From positions 31,806,001 through 31,870,000 of the forward strand of contig OZ116703.1 in NCBI GenBank assembly GCA_964199315.1: DNA of 64,000 nucleotides, read 5' to 3'. The notes beneath the pieces were generated by a model. The model had not been told where the DNA came from. It searched no databases and saw only the letters and a program-made list of their open reading frames with translations. This document shows, piece by piece, positions 24,601 to 35,891 of this stretch (positions within the stretch are counted from its first letter, which is position 1; every line of letters begins with the position of its first letter). A program made the position numbers and the translations under genes. This stretch comes from Orbicella franksi (taxonomy: Eukaryota).

Positions 24601-27600
24601 CGAAACCCATTTCGATCACACTGATCGTACTGATTTTAACAATTTTTTTATTCGTAGGTTTACCCGTCTCAAAAAGAAGAACGGCCTATCTCCAGAATAT
24701 TAGAAATTCCTGATCAAAACACTCTGAAGAAGGTATTCAGCCAGGAAAAACAAATGCTTCCCAAAACAGGTAATTTACATTTGTGTGTCGTGCGAGTCGT
24801 CTCTCCGCTAGCGAGAGAGACGGTAATTTCCTGGAGTTATCGCCGATCCTCGATTAATCGTCCCCATTTGTGGATGATGTGAAATAATCGCTTTCCTTGA
24901 ATTATTCCCCCACCCACCCCCACCCACCCCGACTCTCCTCCTTCCTAGCCCTCTCCATCGTCCTTGAGTAATCAAGTCCCTCTCCCTACATCTCTACTTT
25001 CTTTCACTCCCCTGTCAAGTTTACATCTTGAATATCTAATTGAATGGGATACAAACTTTGATTTAATCGTTAAATACAACAGATAATCGACAAAATCTCA
25101 AGCTGAATCGCTCCATTCAACCTAAAATTGTGAACATTTCAAAACGGGTTCAAATGGAAAGGAAATTTCCTGGAAAGTTCCCAGAAAATCCGTAAATTGT
25201 TGAATTTCCGAAAAGCGAACCATTCAACCAAAAATGCCATGAGAAAAATTAAGTGGAACGGAGATTCCCGGTAAGAAAGTTCCGACAATTTTGGTATACC
25301 TCGGGAGGTTGTCCTCTTTTCCATAAATTCCAGGAAATGCTGTTTTATGTTCTCACGGTATTTACGTTTTACGAATTGTAAATTGTGTCACTCAGTACCT
25401 GACCACTTTTCAAGTGGAGAGAAGTATTGCGTTACGCAACGTGACGCACTTTCTTCTGAGGAAGCGTTGCGAATTGCGTTACCAAAGAAATAGCTGCTAC
25501 ATGTAATTACAAACTGGTTTTGATCTTGTTGACAGTCAGAGTGTACAAGGACAACATGAGCAATGAAATCACGTCCAAAACAGTGTTGCAGTGGTCGGCA
25601 GGTGAAACACAGAAGGATTTTACCGGCTTCTGGGTGAAAATCTTCAACGGCGAGCGACCGCCCAAACAGCTAGTGACCTTGCACAACAGGAAACTGTCCG
25701 TTCGTCAAGTGATAGAGGGACCAGAAAACATGGCGCCCATTCAGAATGACCAACCCCATGACGGAGAGAAGTTCGGCTTCAAGCCTTTCGGGTTGTCAGT
25801 GGCGGGCACTTACGTTCTCAAATACATTGCGATGCTGGGAGAGAGGGAAATGGCTTTCACACAATTCGACATTGTCATCAAAGGTTAGTCAATGGCTTCA
25901 GAGTCTGAAAGTAATTCAGTTGAAGAAACCTGCATATTATCCTCCGATGGTCGTAGATAATCATTCCATCCAGGGAATACCTCTAGTCTCTTCATGCTAA
26001 GGAAACCGGAGATATGCTCCAGCCTGTTGAAGCACTAGGCTCCGTCAAGACTTAGCTTGCTGATTTTCTTATTTACAACTCGAGCATCCAAACGTCAAAC
26101 AAATACTGCCTACGTCACGAGCCATGGGGCCCAGCAGGCCGGCGCTTATCTCCGGTTTCTGTGGCATGATGCGACTAGGAGTATTTCTATTTCCCCCCCC
26201 CCCCCGGATGGGATGCTAGTCCATCGCAAGGTTACCCCCATCATTGAATTCGCAGGTACCCATTTATACACCTGGGTGGAGAGAGGCACTGTGACAGTTA
26301 AGTGTCTTGCCCAGGAACCCAAGACAATGTCCCTGGCGCGGGATCGAACTTGGACTGCTCGATCCTGAGGCGAGCGCACTAACCATGGGGCCACCGCGCC
26401 TCCCAAACAAATACTAGGTAATGTAGCAATCTGATCTTGTTTTGTCTTTCTCTTCTTAGCCAACATCGCTTCCCATTTCACTCTTACCGAGCCTTCACGA
26501 ACAGAAACTCCACGTCTTGGGCTGGGCGAACCGGCCCTCAAGTTTAAGCTCTTATTCCAAGACAGCAAAAACAACCCGGCGACAGTGTTCAGTTCCGGGG
26601 AATTCGTCAAGTTGACAGTGACATGCCCAAACTTGGACGTGCAAGGCGTTAAGGACAAGTACAAGCCGAACAGCGACGGAGTAGTTGAGGTCAGCGGTAT
26701 AACTCTGACTCCCAATGCCTCGGGCAAGGTGCAGTATGGGCGCGATCAGATGGTCCGAGTTGACGTCACTGGAATTGATTACAGTAATTACGTGACGTTT
26801 CCGGTGAAAATTAAAGCAGGTAAGAACGGTGCAAGTAGGAATTGTTTGAAGGTTTTATCCCGGGGGGGGGGGGGGGGGGCCGTGGGGAAATTTATCCGAT
26901 ATGAAAGGGACCGGGGTGCTGGTCGGAAATGTTGACAAGAACTCCTAAGAGGTACTAAGATCCCGTTTTGTGGGCGTGGCTTGAAATTTTTTCCGCCCCT
27001 TAGAGGTATCAGCTCCCGCTGTGGACGTTTAGGGGTTGTACACCCTGAGAGCTACCAAAACCGCTTTTTTAACTCCTATAAGGTATGACGAGGACCCCCT
27101 GTCCCTTTTATATGGGAGTCCCCCCCTAACGGAAGGGTTTATTTCTGTCTTTGTAAAAATAGCTGGGATCGTTTTCAGACATAGCTATTGTTTGTCAGTT
27201 TTAATAAAGTAGCTGAGACTATCGCTATTATCTTTGCCATAGAAGAGCTATGCTATTCTTTTTCAAAATGCTAGACATAAATGAGTTCCTCCTCCTTAAA
27301 TGCTTTAATGTCGGGATTTAAGATTACCGGTGATGCGATTACTGCGCTCTGAAGCTCTTAATTTGAGGATTATGAACTGAGATGTGTCTGAGAAAATAAG
27401 ATAAGGAGATTGACTTCAGTTGTTTTGTTGCTTGAACGTCAAGGCTTTTGACTTACTAAGAACGCTGGGAATAGTTTGTTGTTTGGTATTAACTGTACAG
27501 AGCAAGTTCGCTTTAACCTGCGCTCCAGTTGGTTTAAGTTTTTGTTCATTTATCAAATGTTACGGTAATTTCGATGTGTGCTTTGCCATTTCTGATTGTT

Positions 27601-30600
27601 TACTGGCAGACTGAAGAACGGAATGGCGAAAATTTTAAGTGAGTTCACGTGAAGAAGCTGCAACTGTCGCAGTAATGATTCTTTCATAACATTCTAGGCC
27701 CTGCATGGACGTTAAATCGCATTTTCTCTGTTGTGCTAATTTTTTTTTTGTCGCTGTCAGGTCAACCACAAACTGTAAAACTTCCCCAGTTCGAAACAAC
27801 CGAAGTTCCTAACTACGAAGAATTCCCTGAGTTCGTGATTCAGGTCCTGGACCAGTGGAGTCAACCATGTTCTGTTAGCGACAAAAGAACGAAGCTTCAC
27901 GCCGAATGCGAGGCATTTATCACCGGGCCGCATCTCGCCAACATAGAGCACGGACAAGGCAGATTTTCCCCGATGAAGGTGAAACTTGCTCCTGGCAAAG
28001 CGCCTTGCACTGTCAAGGTTAAAATATCCCTTGTGGTCGTGGACAGTAATCGGCGAAAACTCACCGTAAGCGAAACTTTGAAGGAGTTAAAACAGTTCTC
28101 CATTAAAGTTCTACCCAGCACTTTGCCGCATAAAGTGATGATCTGTGAAGGAAACCAGAACGAAATGACGACGGCGAATGGAGTGGATAAGAATTCCAAG
28201 GAGGGTAGAGATTGTTTAGAGCTGACGGCTCCTGCCGGTTCCATCGTTAAGGGCTTGTTCTTGAAAGTGTTTGACGAGAGCGGAAGGTTTTTGGGTGACG
28301 AAGACTTTAAGGCAGCCGAGCCTAAAGTGACCACGAGTTGGAGCGGAGAGGTAAAGTAAATGTGATGTGTAATCCGTGATTAATTCTAAGTAACCGTAAG
28401 TCTCGCAACCATTAGGAAGTTATTTTAGCGTTTTTACTTCATTTCTGTCTACCAAGGTGCTATAAAAGAGAGTTCTGTTCTGGCTGGTTATAGTAACGGT
28501 CTGACGACAAGTTAACTCGTAGTACTTCGCTGTTTTTTCTCTTTTGATTATTATTGTTATTTTTTTTGTTCTTCCAAGGTTCCAGTGAGAAGTCTGCCGT
28601 ATCTGCCTGACTGCCCTGTGGCTAATCTCGCCAATAGCACTTTTGTGGGAAATGTGGAGTGTGTGTGTAGTGACGTCAAGTGTCAATCCCAAATAAGAAT
28701 TAAACCCATTGCAGGTACCGTAATTACTCAATTGAGTGTCACGGCGCTCTTTAAAGTTTGACAGTTGCAACGTTTAGTCGAGAGCGGCGCTATTGAATAA
28801 TTTTTGCTGTTATATAATTATTATTAAAGAGTTCCGACAAATTGCGCCCGTCTATTGAAAGCGTGTTCTACGAGTTGTTCGAGTCGTTAAAAGAACGTTG
28901 TTAAAGCAAAACACTCTTAAGCGTTTAGTAAATTGTTGATTAGTCTTCTCAAACTCTTTAATAATTCTTTCATGACCGAGACGGTGTTTGGATCTCTGAT
29001 CTCAATCAGCATAGATGTTTACGATTCTATTTCTCCGTTTTCTCCTTAGTTTTAGTTTCGATTGAGAAGATTTATTAAATAATCAAGACACTGTTTGATC
29101 ACACATTACCAAACACCTCGAAGTTTCAACGTTTTTCTCGCTGTTTGAAAATCTGATCAAATTCGGTCTTTCGTGTTTGATGTATTTCTTGAAGTAGATT
29201 TTCCTTGTGGTAGAACCTGTGCTGTCTTATTTCATCATCAGGTGAACCTCAGAAGTGGCTCTTTTCTAGTGAAACGGCTTCTGTGGAAATCGAATGTGAC
29301 AGCAAGAAACAACTGAGCCAAAAGCTTAGAGTACAATTACGGGACAAGCTAGGAAATCCCGCAGAGTGTCCCGCGGGTGTGGAGCCTGTCGTAACAGTTG
29401 AACATTCGCCATCCAAGAGGTAAGCCATTATCAAACTTTGTTGAATCATATTTCTGGCGCATAAGTTGCTACGTTAAAAGCTGTAGGAACAGTGGGCGGG
29501 GGGGGGGGGGGGTGGGGATCTTCGATAGCTTTGACACTTTTCTGTACAGGTTTGCTTTTGGTTTTGATTTTAACATACTGATACAGGTACTAACATTTTA
29601 AATGTATGGGCTGTATTGTGATGGGCATTTTGGCATCTAAACACCGTAGGCTTGGTAGAATAACACTTCCAGATTTTTCCCACAGTATGTGACTATTCCA
29701 CAGTATTTAATTGCTTGGTGCAAAACCAGAACAACCAAGGTAATCACTGTGGCTAATGACACTGTAGAAAGATACAGACCAAACTTTGTGGTGCAGTTAA
29801 CAATTATTCCAAGAGTACGCGTTGGATATGATAATAGAAAACTCATGAGGCGAGTAGCTCCGAGTTGGTTATAATCATCTCATATCCAACGAGCGCGGGT
29901 GAAATAAATGTTGCATTAACAACGCCCCCAAAATATGAAAAAAAAAATGAAAATGAAAATGAAAATTCCCCGCGAACGCTTACCATGTTTGTAGAGCATG
30001 GTGTAATGGCTCATATACCATGATGGCTAAGCCAATGAAAACCCTTGAATTGCATTATCCAATGATACAGTTTTAAATAGTGGTTTTATATGAATTGCAG
30101 TAGTTTTGATTATTACTTTCATACTCTAGTATATAACATTTTAATAACTTTCTTCTTTCCTTCAATCTCGGCAGTAGCAGCACGGCAGTTTTCATTGGAC
30201 ATTTAACCTTGAAGGGAACTGAATTCGTGTTCAACAACGACGCGACTATCTCCGGAAACCCTGGCATCATAACCATGTGTGTGTCTGACAAGGAAGGGAA
30301 ATTCTCCAGAGACACTCAGAAAATCAGTCTAAAACCCGGTCAGTGAGTTTTCTTTGTGTTGACAAGGTGTGATTAACATTTCGTGTATATAAACACCTCA
30401 GAAGATCTCGTTAAATGGTTTGGCCAACCAAGAGAGCATGAATGGTAAGGCAGTTAATCCCTATACAGCCCTTATTCCCAAAATAATCCTCCTTGAGTTA
30501 TTTTTAGACATGGTACCCAGTCCTTCCGCGGATAATGTTAGCACGCGCGATGCGTGGATGTTTTCGTGGAGGATGGAAGTGCATGTGAAGTCGCTTGGGC

Positions 30601-33600
30601 TGTCACGTGAGTAACATTTGCGTCACAGGATTGCCTGTTTCTAGGCATGCCTGGGATTACCGAAACATGGAATGATCCGAAAATAACTCAGGCTGCATGA
30701 CCTCGGAAAACCTTCTTACCCCTTTATCCACTCTTGGTCGTACTGTTTTTGCTGTTCTGTCTGCGAAGATCAATGATGGTTCTTTTTATAAGGCAGGCAA
30801 CAATTTTTCTCACATCGAGTTTCACTACAATGTCTCATTGTACTTGTTGATTCCGATCATGGCTCAATGAGACTTTTTTATTCGTCAAATGATCGTATTT
30901 TATCTGATCTCAGGTGCTCCGCATCACATTGAGTTGAAAAGCCAAGCATTCGATGATCCCTCACAGAAGCATGAGCACACAGCCAAGCTCTTCTCCAACT
31001 GCTTTCTCAGCGCGCCGGTCCACGCGTTTGTTTGCGATAGCTCTGGGAACAAGACTCCACTCAGAACAACGCTGAATCTGTCCTGGACCCCATCCTCCTG
31101 CGGGTTACTGCTGACCAAGAGGGCTCAGAAAGGAGAGGCGGTGTTTGAAGCGAACACGATGAAATGCGGAAGTCGCAGCGGAGATCAGCAGGTTAAACTG
31201 AAGGTGTTCAGTTCAGATCACAAAAATTTAACGGTGAGTTTCTGGAGAATTGTTTACTTAAAAAGACTCTCTACCGACCGGAATGCTTTGCCAGCGTTTT
31301 TTTGTTTCGATTCTGTCGCTGAAGAAAGCGCCAGAAAAATCGAAAAGATTTTGAGCATGTGGCGGCCTCAAATTTGATTTACAGGTAAACACAGGTATAC
31401 AGTTCAACCCCTATTAAACGGCCACCCTCGGGGAAATGGATAGTGGGCGCCTAAAAGGGGTTGGCCGTTTAATAGAGGTAAAAGCAATAGAAAAGCCCTC
31501 ATCGGAACTTTGATTACCGGCCGCCTAATAGGGGTGGCCGTTTAATAGGTGGCCGCTTAATAGGGGTTCAACTGTGATGTGTTTGCTTAAGATGCCATTT
31601 TGTCTTTCAGTTTGTTGAGCGAGCTTTTGTCTGTACTGTCTTGCAGGCCGCTACTGTTACAGCCACTCTGGAAAAGAGTAACCGAGTAAAAGCTGTAGTC
31701 GTGGAGGTATCCGCTGACCAGGCCCTGCTGGCCACAGGTTGTTATCCCACACTGAAGGTACACACTTTTATCACAATGTTGTAGCTTTTAACACTAACTT
31801 CGAAAGCCAAAAAGACATCTTTTGATTGGTTGAAACCTGATTATAGAGATCTGTATAGTCTTGTTAAAAATTACTATACAATCAAGTGTAATAATAGCGA
31901 TATAATGGATTAGGTGTTCACAAGGTTGTGATATCAAATTGAGAAAGACTGGCAGACTTAACATTCTGTCCTCGTATAATAACTAGTCGCCGTGATCATG
32001 TCCCTTGAATAACCATCGTCACAGCACGATAGCGTTTATTGATCTCTTGCTTTCGGCAGCAAGGACTAGTCACTCACTCGCATACTCATCTACTTTCACG
32101 AAGGTTACATGTCAAACAGAAGATGGAGTTCGAGTCGATGCCATGGGACATCTTAGCCTTGAAATAACTCGTCCAAATGGCACACCCGTAAACACGTCAA
32201 TCTACCGGAAACCCACTCAGAACCGTGAAGGCGTCGTCACCTTTCAATCAATAGCGAACCGTTACTTGGAGGAGGCGGGGCAGTGGTCCATCATTTGTCA
32301 GTACAACGAGTACAGGGAGAGGCTCAAGTCTGTCTTGCCCGTGACTGATCACATGACCAGGAGCCTTCCAGTTCAGTTCGTGGTGCATCCCGGTAAATCC
32401 ATGCGTCTTACATTAACTGTGTGTAGTAGTGTCATAAGTAATGTCATTTTGTCCTCCTTGGAAGACATATTTATGTGTCGCAAAATTGGTTGTATATTAG
32501 CGTAAAAGGTAAGCTTTTGTTTTATTTTTGTGTACCCGTTTCCAGGTCCTCCTCAACGACTCGTGTTACGTTTTCAGTCTGGTTCACCCGGCGTGATCTC
32601 TGCGTCTTGCACTGCTGACCTCAAGGGCCGTACCATTCTTCCGCGACCTGGAAGGAGGTAAGAAGTCGTTTGGAAAAGGATAAGACAATCAAACTAACAA
32701 AAACGGAAAAACTGTGACACTTTCAATACTTTTTCTTCTTTTATTATTATTATTATTTTTTAGCGGCGTAGAGGTTGTGGACCTCGTAGCTGAAGACAGT
32801 TGCGGCAATGTCGCGAACGTCTCCTTGACAACAAGCGTGGCCATTCAACCTTCAGGGACTGTGCCCGATGGCACGGTCCTTCCAGCTTTGGAGAACAGTC
32901 CGGTCCAGCTCACTCTCAACCGTGGTATGGCAAGGCTACCAAGGCTCACTCTTTGTAGTCGCGTTGGAAATTATATCGGGGAATATATGTTAGTATTTTC
33001 CGCTCCTGACGTCGATGTCGAGGCATATTCCGTTAAGTTTGCTTTTAGTACAGGTAAGTCTATCGCTACCTTTTCTTCTTTTTTTTTTTAGTGGATAAAA
33101 GAGGTTTTGTATTTTACCGCTATTCCTCCCAGAAAATCTAAGTTGTTAGTTGCAGTTCGGAAAATAGGCGGAGGTTTCTCGGCGTGGAAGTTCATCGTCG
33201 CTTTGGGAATCTTCGGATAAGAAGAATTGGACGCGTTTTCGGATGTACGGTGCTAGAGACCTTTCAAATCCAAGTTTACCGCAAACGTCTAACTGCTGTT
33301 TGAGCTTAGACGTTTGCTTTTCGCTGTTCGGACGTTAGTCGATTTAGATTGGAGTAAATTGAAGCAAATGGAAATCATCCTGCCAATGCATTGGAAATTG
33401 TCAAAATTAGGTCAATTTGGATTTAAAAAAATTAAAAGCCGCCGCCATATTGGAATTTTACTGAGGATCAGTGCATTTCTACAAAACAACAACAACAACA
33501 ACAAAAGGCTAGGAAATTGCTTATTCGCCTATGGATTATAACCGATTAGTTGAAAAAGCGTTACTTTATTCAATTTCGGCATTTGCACGCGGCAAAGAAA

Positions 33601-35891
33601 AAAAATTCAAGGCAATAAAGCTAGCGGTAAATGACTTACTTGAAAACCCACCTCTTGACGTTCAAAACGCGGGTCGAAAACCTCAAACGTGACGTCTGGT
33701 ACGGGTCAGGTGACCCCTAGCGGTTCACCGTTCGCGGGAAACTTGGATCTAAAAGTCTCAAATGTTGCGGTTGGTCTTCGGAAAATGAATTACAGCTGGA
33801 TAGATTGTTTGAAGCCAGTCTTCTCTAAAGCAGTATCTTTGAAAATTGTCGTACATATGTATAGATTGCCAACCTTTTTTTCCTCATCCTATACTGGGAA
33901 ATATTCGCCCTTCCCGATGTTGTATGTCACAGTTGGTCTGTAACGCCACGATCTCCGGCGTTGCACTTGATTACTAAGGAGCTATATTTTTTAGCCACTT
34001 CACAAGAAACTGTTCCTCATTTCACCCAATGCATGCCTGGTTGACTTCGTAACTATCTAGAGGTCATGAATCAGGATACATTCTATTCTGTTCCAGATGA
34101 ACATATACAGCGCATACAGAATGAGCTACAGCCGCTGAGAAAACAGATTGCAGATTACGAGCAGAACGTGGCAGAATCCAAAAGAAGACTGTCTCGGTGC
34201 CAGTCGGAGTTGACGACGGCACTCACGCCTGTCCGAAGCTCGTTCCGAGGAATGCCGAGGAGACCCGACGTAGTGAATATACTTCAGACCAGTAGAAACG
34301 AACTGAATCAGTTGGAATCTAGTCAGGCCACTACTCGAACAGTCATCACACAACCGGGCCACCCTCCTGCTAGGATACGACACTACATAAAGGGTGTGTT
34401 TACTGTTGCATTTGGTTTAATAAGTCAGTGTTGCGGAGCAGGGTGGTGGGGAGGGGGGTGGTTCAGTGTATGATTAGAGCGCCCGTCTCCCATCAGTGTG
34501 GTCCGGGTCGAATCCTGCACCCGACGTCATAAATGGATCGAATTTGTTGTTGGTTCTTGTATTCCTTCGATGTCAATTTACGAACACTTTAGCGAGTTCA
34601 TCAGAGCTCTTCCGAGTTTCATAGGTAAATAACATATTATGGACATCTCGCATTTTGATATTCATGCGGCAAATAAACTCATGTCATAACTTTCGAGAGC
34701 ATCGCGAAGTTAGTGTCCTCCCAATTACGGTTAAACGAGATGAATCAAAAGTCTACTAGTGAATTCAAACGTGTCTTGACTCCAAATCACCCGGCTTGAA
34801 ATATGCCCCAAAGCTGGAAAACTGAGATATAAGTTCCCGTTACTGATAACCATGATTTGGTGGAGTGTTATCTCTGAAAAAATTCAGCAGCTACTGATTT
34901 GCTTGTTCTCGTCACATAAATGTTGGATTGATTTTGTGGGCGTGAAGGTAAGAAAGAAAATTGTCTTGCTGTTTTGGCGGGAAATTGTAAACTTAGGTTT
35001 GACAGTTGATATTGTTTTTCTTCTTGGTTATTAGCATTGGTCATTCGTTATAGCAACAAGTGTTGTTTTATTCCCAGAAATTGTGTGGAAACGACGAAGA
35101 AATATTTTTGTTTCTTTTTTTCTTCTTCAGGTATTGTAGCAGAACTCGCGTACGTCTCTGACCCATTAGTTGCTCGCATCCTCTCGTGGTATCTTCAGTC
35201 GAAAATGCCAGTAGCGCTCACTACCACCACAGAACAGCAACGAAAGGTTTACGACGCAGGATGCTCGGCTTACTGCGAAGCGACTTTACTTCCCTTTTCG
35301 AAAAGGGACTTTGATGGAAGCGATGGCAAACCTCTGCCTTTAGAGCTCCCTGCGCCTCCTTCAAATTACCGAAGCCCTATTGAATTCGCTGTGAATCTGC
35401 TCGAGTTTACGAGTGACAATGGCTACCTTCGCAGCAGCCTTTTTTGGAATCTTCTATCGAAGACGATCGTGGTCAAAGATCTGAAGTCTGGACAGACGTA
35501 TCGCGAGCACCTCACCCGAATGAAGCAGTCTTGTCCCACGATTTTGACACGTGATGGGAACATGATCGCCTCTGACGGGTTGATGGATCCCAAGAAGCGC
35601 TGCCCACCAAGAATGGAAGATTTGCGGTTCGCGTTCGGAGCGTTACCGGCTCGCGAAAAGGTGCGTTATCGCGAACTGAAAGAGAGGTGCGAAGCTTTGG
35701 ACAGATTGCAGTTAACGTTCGAAAAACACGAGAAAGAGGCGGAAGAAGTTCGCGCGAAAGAAGACCAGTTGCGAGAGGTCAGAAATAGTTTGTCTCCTCG
35801 TATTACCGAACTTGAAAGGGAACTTAGAAAGTTGAGACCTGGCATTGAAAGAGACGGTAGTGAACCCCCTGATAAACGTAGAAAAAGATAG
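15672..35891 (+). CDS. SMCHD1: SMCHD1-like protein (GHKL ATPase plus SMC hinge), 26 coding exons, 5901 nt, 1966 aa
   Basis: Hand-spliced exons, all GT-AG with consistent phases: 15672-15794, 17023-17112, 17812-17923, 18805-18914, 19638-19811, 20651-20731, 21020-21142, 21517-21717, 22257-22460, 22803-22939, 23259-23511, 24308-24532, 24658-24769, 25536-25883, 26460-26819, 27761-28350, 28579-28714, 29242-29419, 30175-30338, 30914-31233, 31647-31757, 32104-32392, 32546-32657, 32764-33053, 34097-34393, 35131-35891. Motifs: CEFIDNS, DNGEGM, SKFGVG, LAHVYHFY, NLREIDDD, PIFECFWQGRL, CYRRLKG, EFRSWLEKCHRELDK; hinge GIVAELAYV...ILSWYL and CPTILTRDG; C-terminal PPDKRRKR. These are colinear with recalled human SMCHD1. 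Confidence 0.93.
16561..16853. mobile_element. MITE with 24-bp terminal inverted repeats
   Basis: taataacataaacatgaaaaaatt versus the reverse complement of the right end, taataatatgcacatgaaaaaatt (21/24). Confidence 0.65.
17331..17580 (+). mobile_element. tRNA-derived SINE, second family
   Basis: A-box-like TGGTTAGTGTG (17350) and B-box-like GGTTTGAGTCC (17386), no closing acceptor stem, followed by a non-tRNA body. 3' end approximate. Confidence 0.55.
17943..18165. mobile_element. Short MITE-like element
   Basis: cacggggcttg and caagccttgtg inverted ends (9/11); no TSD seen. Confidence 0.4.
20190..20400 (-). mobile_element. Degenerate Penelope-like reverse-transcriptase fragment
   Basis: Minus-strand translation SSPIFPTQFFELLLDQPNTWNRKWVDSTFCIL resembles the PLE RT block SPxxAxxFMExFE...WxRYVDDTF with the catalytic YVDD decayed. 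Confidence 0.35.
21855..22220. mobile_element. Tc1/pogo-type MITE remnant, possibly composite
   Basis: Right end ...gaggttccactg|TA with repeated acggccacc/ggtggccgt motifs. A decayed relative lies at about 42813-42940. Left boundary uncertain. Confidence 0.45.
26118..26403 (-). mobile_element. tRNA-derived SINE, near full length, antisense in an SMCHD1 intron
   Basis: Minus strand GGAGGCGCGGTGGCCCCATGGTTAGTGCGCTC...GTTCGATCCC gives A and B boxes; body shared with 9841-10104. Confidence 0.8.
26859..27127. mobile_element. CCCGGG/poly-G-ended MITE
   Basis: cccggggg...gggagtccccccc termini. Internal blocks (gaggtactaagatcccgttttgtgggcgtggcttgaaa) are shared with 49303-49611. Confidence 0.65.
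31400..31574. mobile_element. Tigger/pogo-like MITE
   Basis: TA|cagttcaacccctattaa ... ttaataggggttcaactg|TG inverted ends (17/18) with internal ggccg..taatag repeats. Confidence 0.7.
34457..34570 (+). mobile_element. tRNA-derived SINE head, third family
   Basis: A-box-like TGGTTCAGTG and B-box-like GGTCGAATCC, then gttgttggttct. Confidence 0.45.

Noticed and set aside
32190-32220. TSIYRKPT resembling a retroelement RT C-terminal motif
   Set aside because: It lies in frame inside a phase-consistent SMCHD1 exon with no other RT motif; probably coincidence.
9841-34570. tRNA genes at 9841, 17331, 26403 and 34457
   Set aside because: A/B boxes are present, but there is no closing acceptor stem or cloverleaf, and each runs into a SINE body.
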